Source: a bacterium (GTDB taxonomy: Bacteria > Chloroflexota > Limnocylindria > Limnocylindrales > Limnocylindraceae). From it: a DNA stretch of 54,758 bases. Numbering within the stretch: the first letter of the stretch is position 1; every line of letters begins with the position of its first letter. Shown here piece by piece: positions 54,226-54,758 of the stretch. The translations under genes and the position numbers were made by a program. The DNA is taken from NCBI GenBank assembly GCA_037128565.1, contig JBAXWE010000001.1, positions 1 through 54,758 on the forward strand. Reading direction: 5' to 3'. Below the pieces are notes generated by a model. That model saw only the letters and a list, made by a program, of their open reading frames with translations, was not told the origin of the DNA and did no database searches.

Positions 54226-54758
54226 GCTGCCGCCCCGATTCGGGCCAGGTCGTCGTAGAAGGTGGGGTAGCTGACCGCTGCCGCAGCGGGGTCATCAACC
54301 GAAATAGTGACACCGCCCACCAGGCCGGCAATGGCAAAGGTCATCGCCAAGCGGTGATCGCCCAGTGAGGCGGTAGTGCCAGCGGCAGGTCGGCCGCCGC
54401 CGACGAAGTGCAGATCATCACCAGTGACCGAGACGGAGAGTCCAAGTGCCGCAAGGCCGGCTGCGACACCGGCAATTCGGTCACTCTCCTTGGCGCGCAG
54501 CTCGCCCGCGCCGCGAATGCTGGTTGCGCCAGTGGCCATGGCGGCTGCCAACGAGAGAATCGGCACCTCATCAATGGCCAGCGCCACGTCGGTCGGTGTC
54601 ATGTCGATGCCGTGAAGGGTGGCACTTCGCACGCGTAGATCGCCTACTGGCTCCCCAGAGCCGTCATCGGCGGCAGGGAATTCGTCAATGCGGGCGCCCA
54701 TGCGCTGCAACAGGTCGATGGCGTGGCGTCGGGTGGGGTTCAGTGAGACGCCGCGAAT
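54222..54758 (-). CDS. aroA: 3-phosphoshikimate 1-carboxyvinyltransferase, C-terminal part (5' end beyond window)
   Basis: LRAKESDRI, GDHRLAMTFAIAG and VSYPTFYDDL motifs. The frame is open to the window edge, and the stop has a 4-nt overlap with the aroE start. Confidence 0.88.
   Translation of the reverse strand: MRGVSLNPTRRHAIDLLQRMGARIDEFPAADDGSGEPVGDLRVRSATLHGIDMTPTDVALAIDEVPILSLAAAMATGATSIRGAGELRAKESDRIAGVAAGLAALGLSVSVTGDDLHFVGGGRPAAGTTASLGDHRLAMTFAIAGLVGGVTISVDDPAAAAVSYPTFYDDLARIGAAA

Noticed and set aside
1-54758. CRISPR arrays, long tandem or interspersed repeats, IS elements, rRNA
   Set aside because: Reading through every intergenic gap longer than 50 nt showed only short hairpins and palindromes. 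There is no regularly spaced repeat and no transposase-like ORF. An exhaustive repeat search was not possible by eye.

Overview
This is a visibly GC-rich, very gene-dense bacterial chromosomal segment; third codon positions are overwhelmingly G/C. I call 52 protein-coding genes (two cut by the window edges), 2 tRNAs (His-GUG at 15645-15720 and Ser-UGA at 49348-49439) and a few hairpins and inverted repeats. I saw no rRNA, CRISPR array, transposase, integrase or prophage gene. Most of the content is housekeeping:
- peptidases: pepA, pepN, an M23 peptidase and lepB
- glgC, NaPRTase and pdxH
- a five-gene Opp/Dpp-type peptide ABC importer
- a coaX-coaBC-panB-panC operon
- gdh, ndk, the H+-pyrophosphatase hppA, uppP and argR
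- class I lysyl-tRNA synthetase overlapping serS
- a colinear shikimate operon aroA-aroE-aroC-aroKB-aroQ-chorismate mutase

Many long ORFs in the six-frame track are antisense shadows typical of high-GC DNA and were discarded. Several starts were moved to internal ATG/GTG codons that have Shine-Dalgarno support.

The best candidate for an undescribed system is a translationally coupled three-gene unit on the minus strand (28989 down to 26111). It encodes a small 4-Cys zinc-ribbon protein, then a 430-aa coiled-coil protein with a PD-(D/E)xK-like core that I judge DUF2130-like by motif pattern only, then a 12-TM MFS-like membrane protein.

Secondary oddities:
- a PSBD-less 2-oxoacid dehydrogenase E2 split over two reading frames
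- an orphan, degenerate NuoN/Mrp-type antiporter-like membrane protein coupled to lepB
- Lys/Ala/Pro-rich basic tails on the peptide-transporter subunits
- a stand-alone Pta-N-terminal-like (BioD-like + DRTGG) protein

All homology statements rest on motif recognition by eye. No database search was run.
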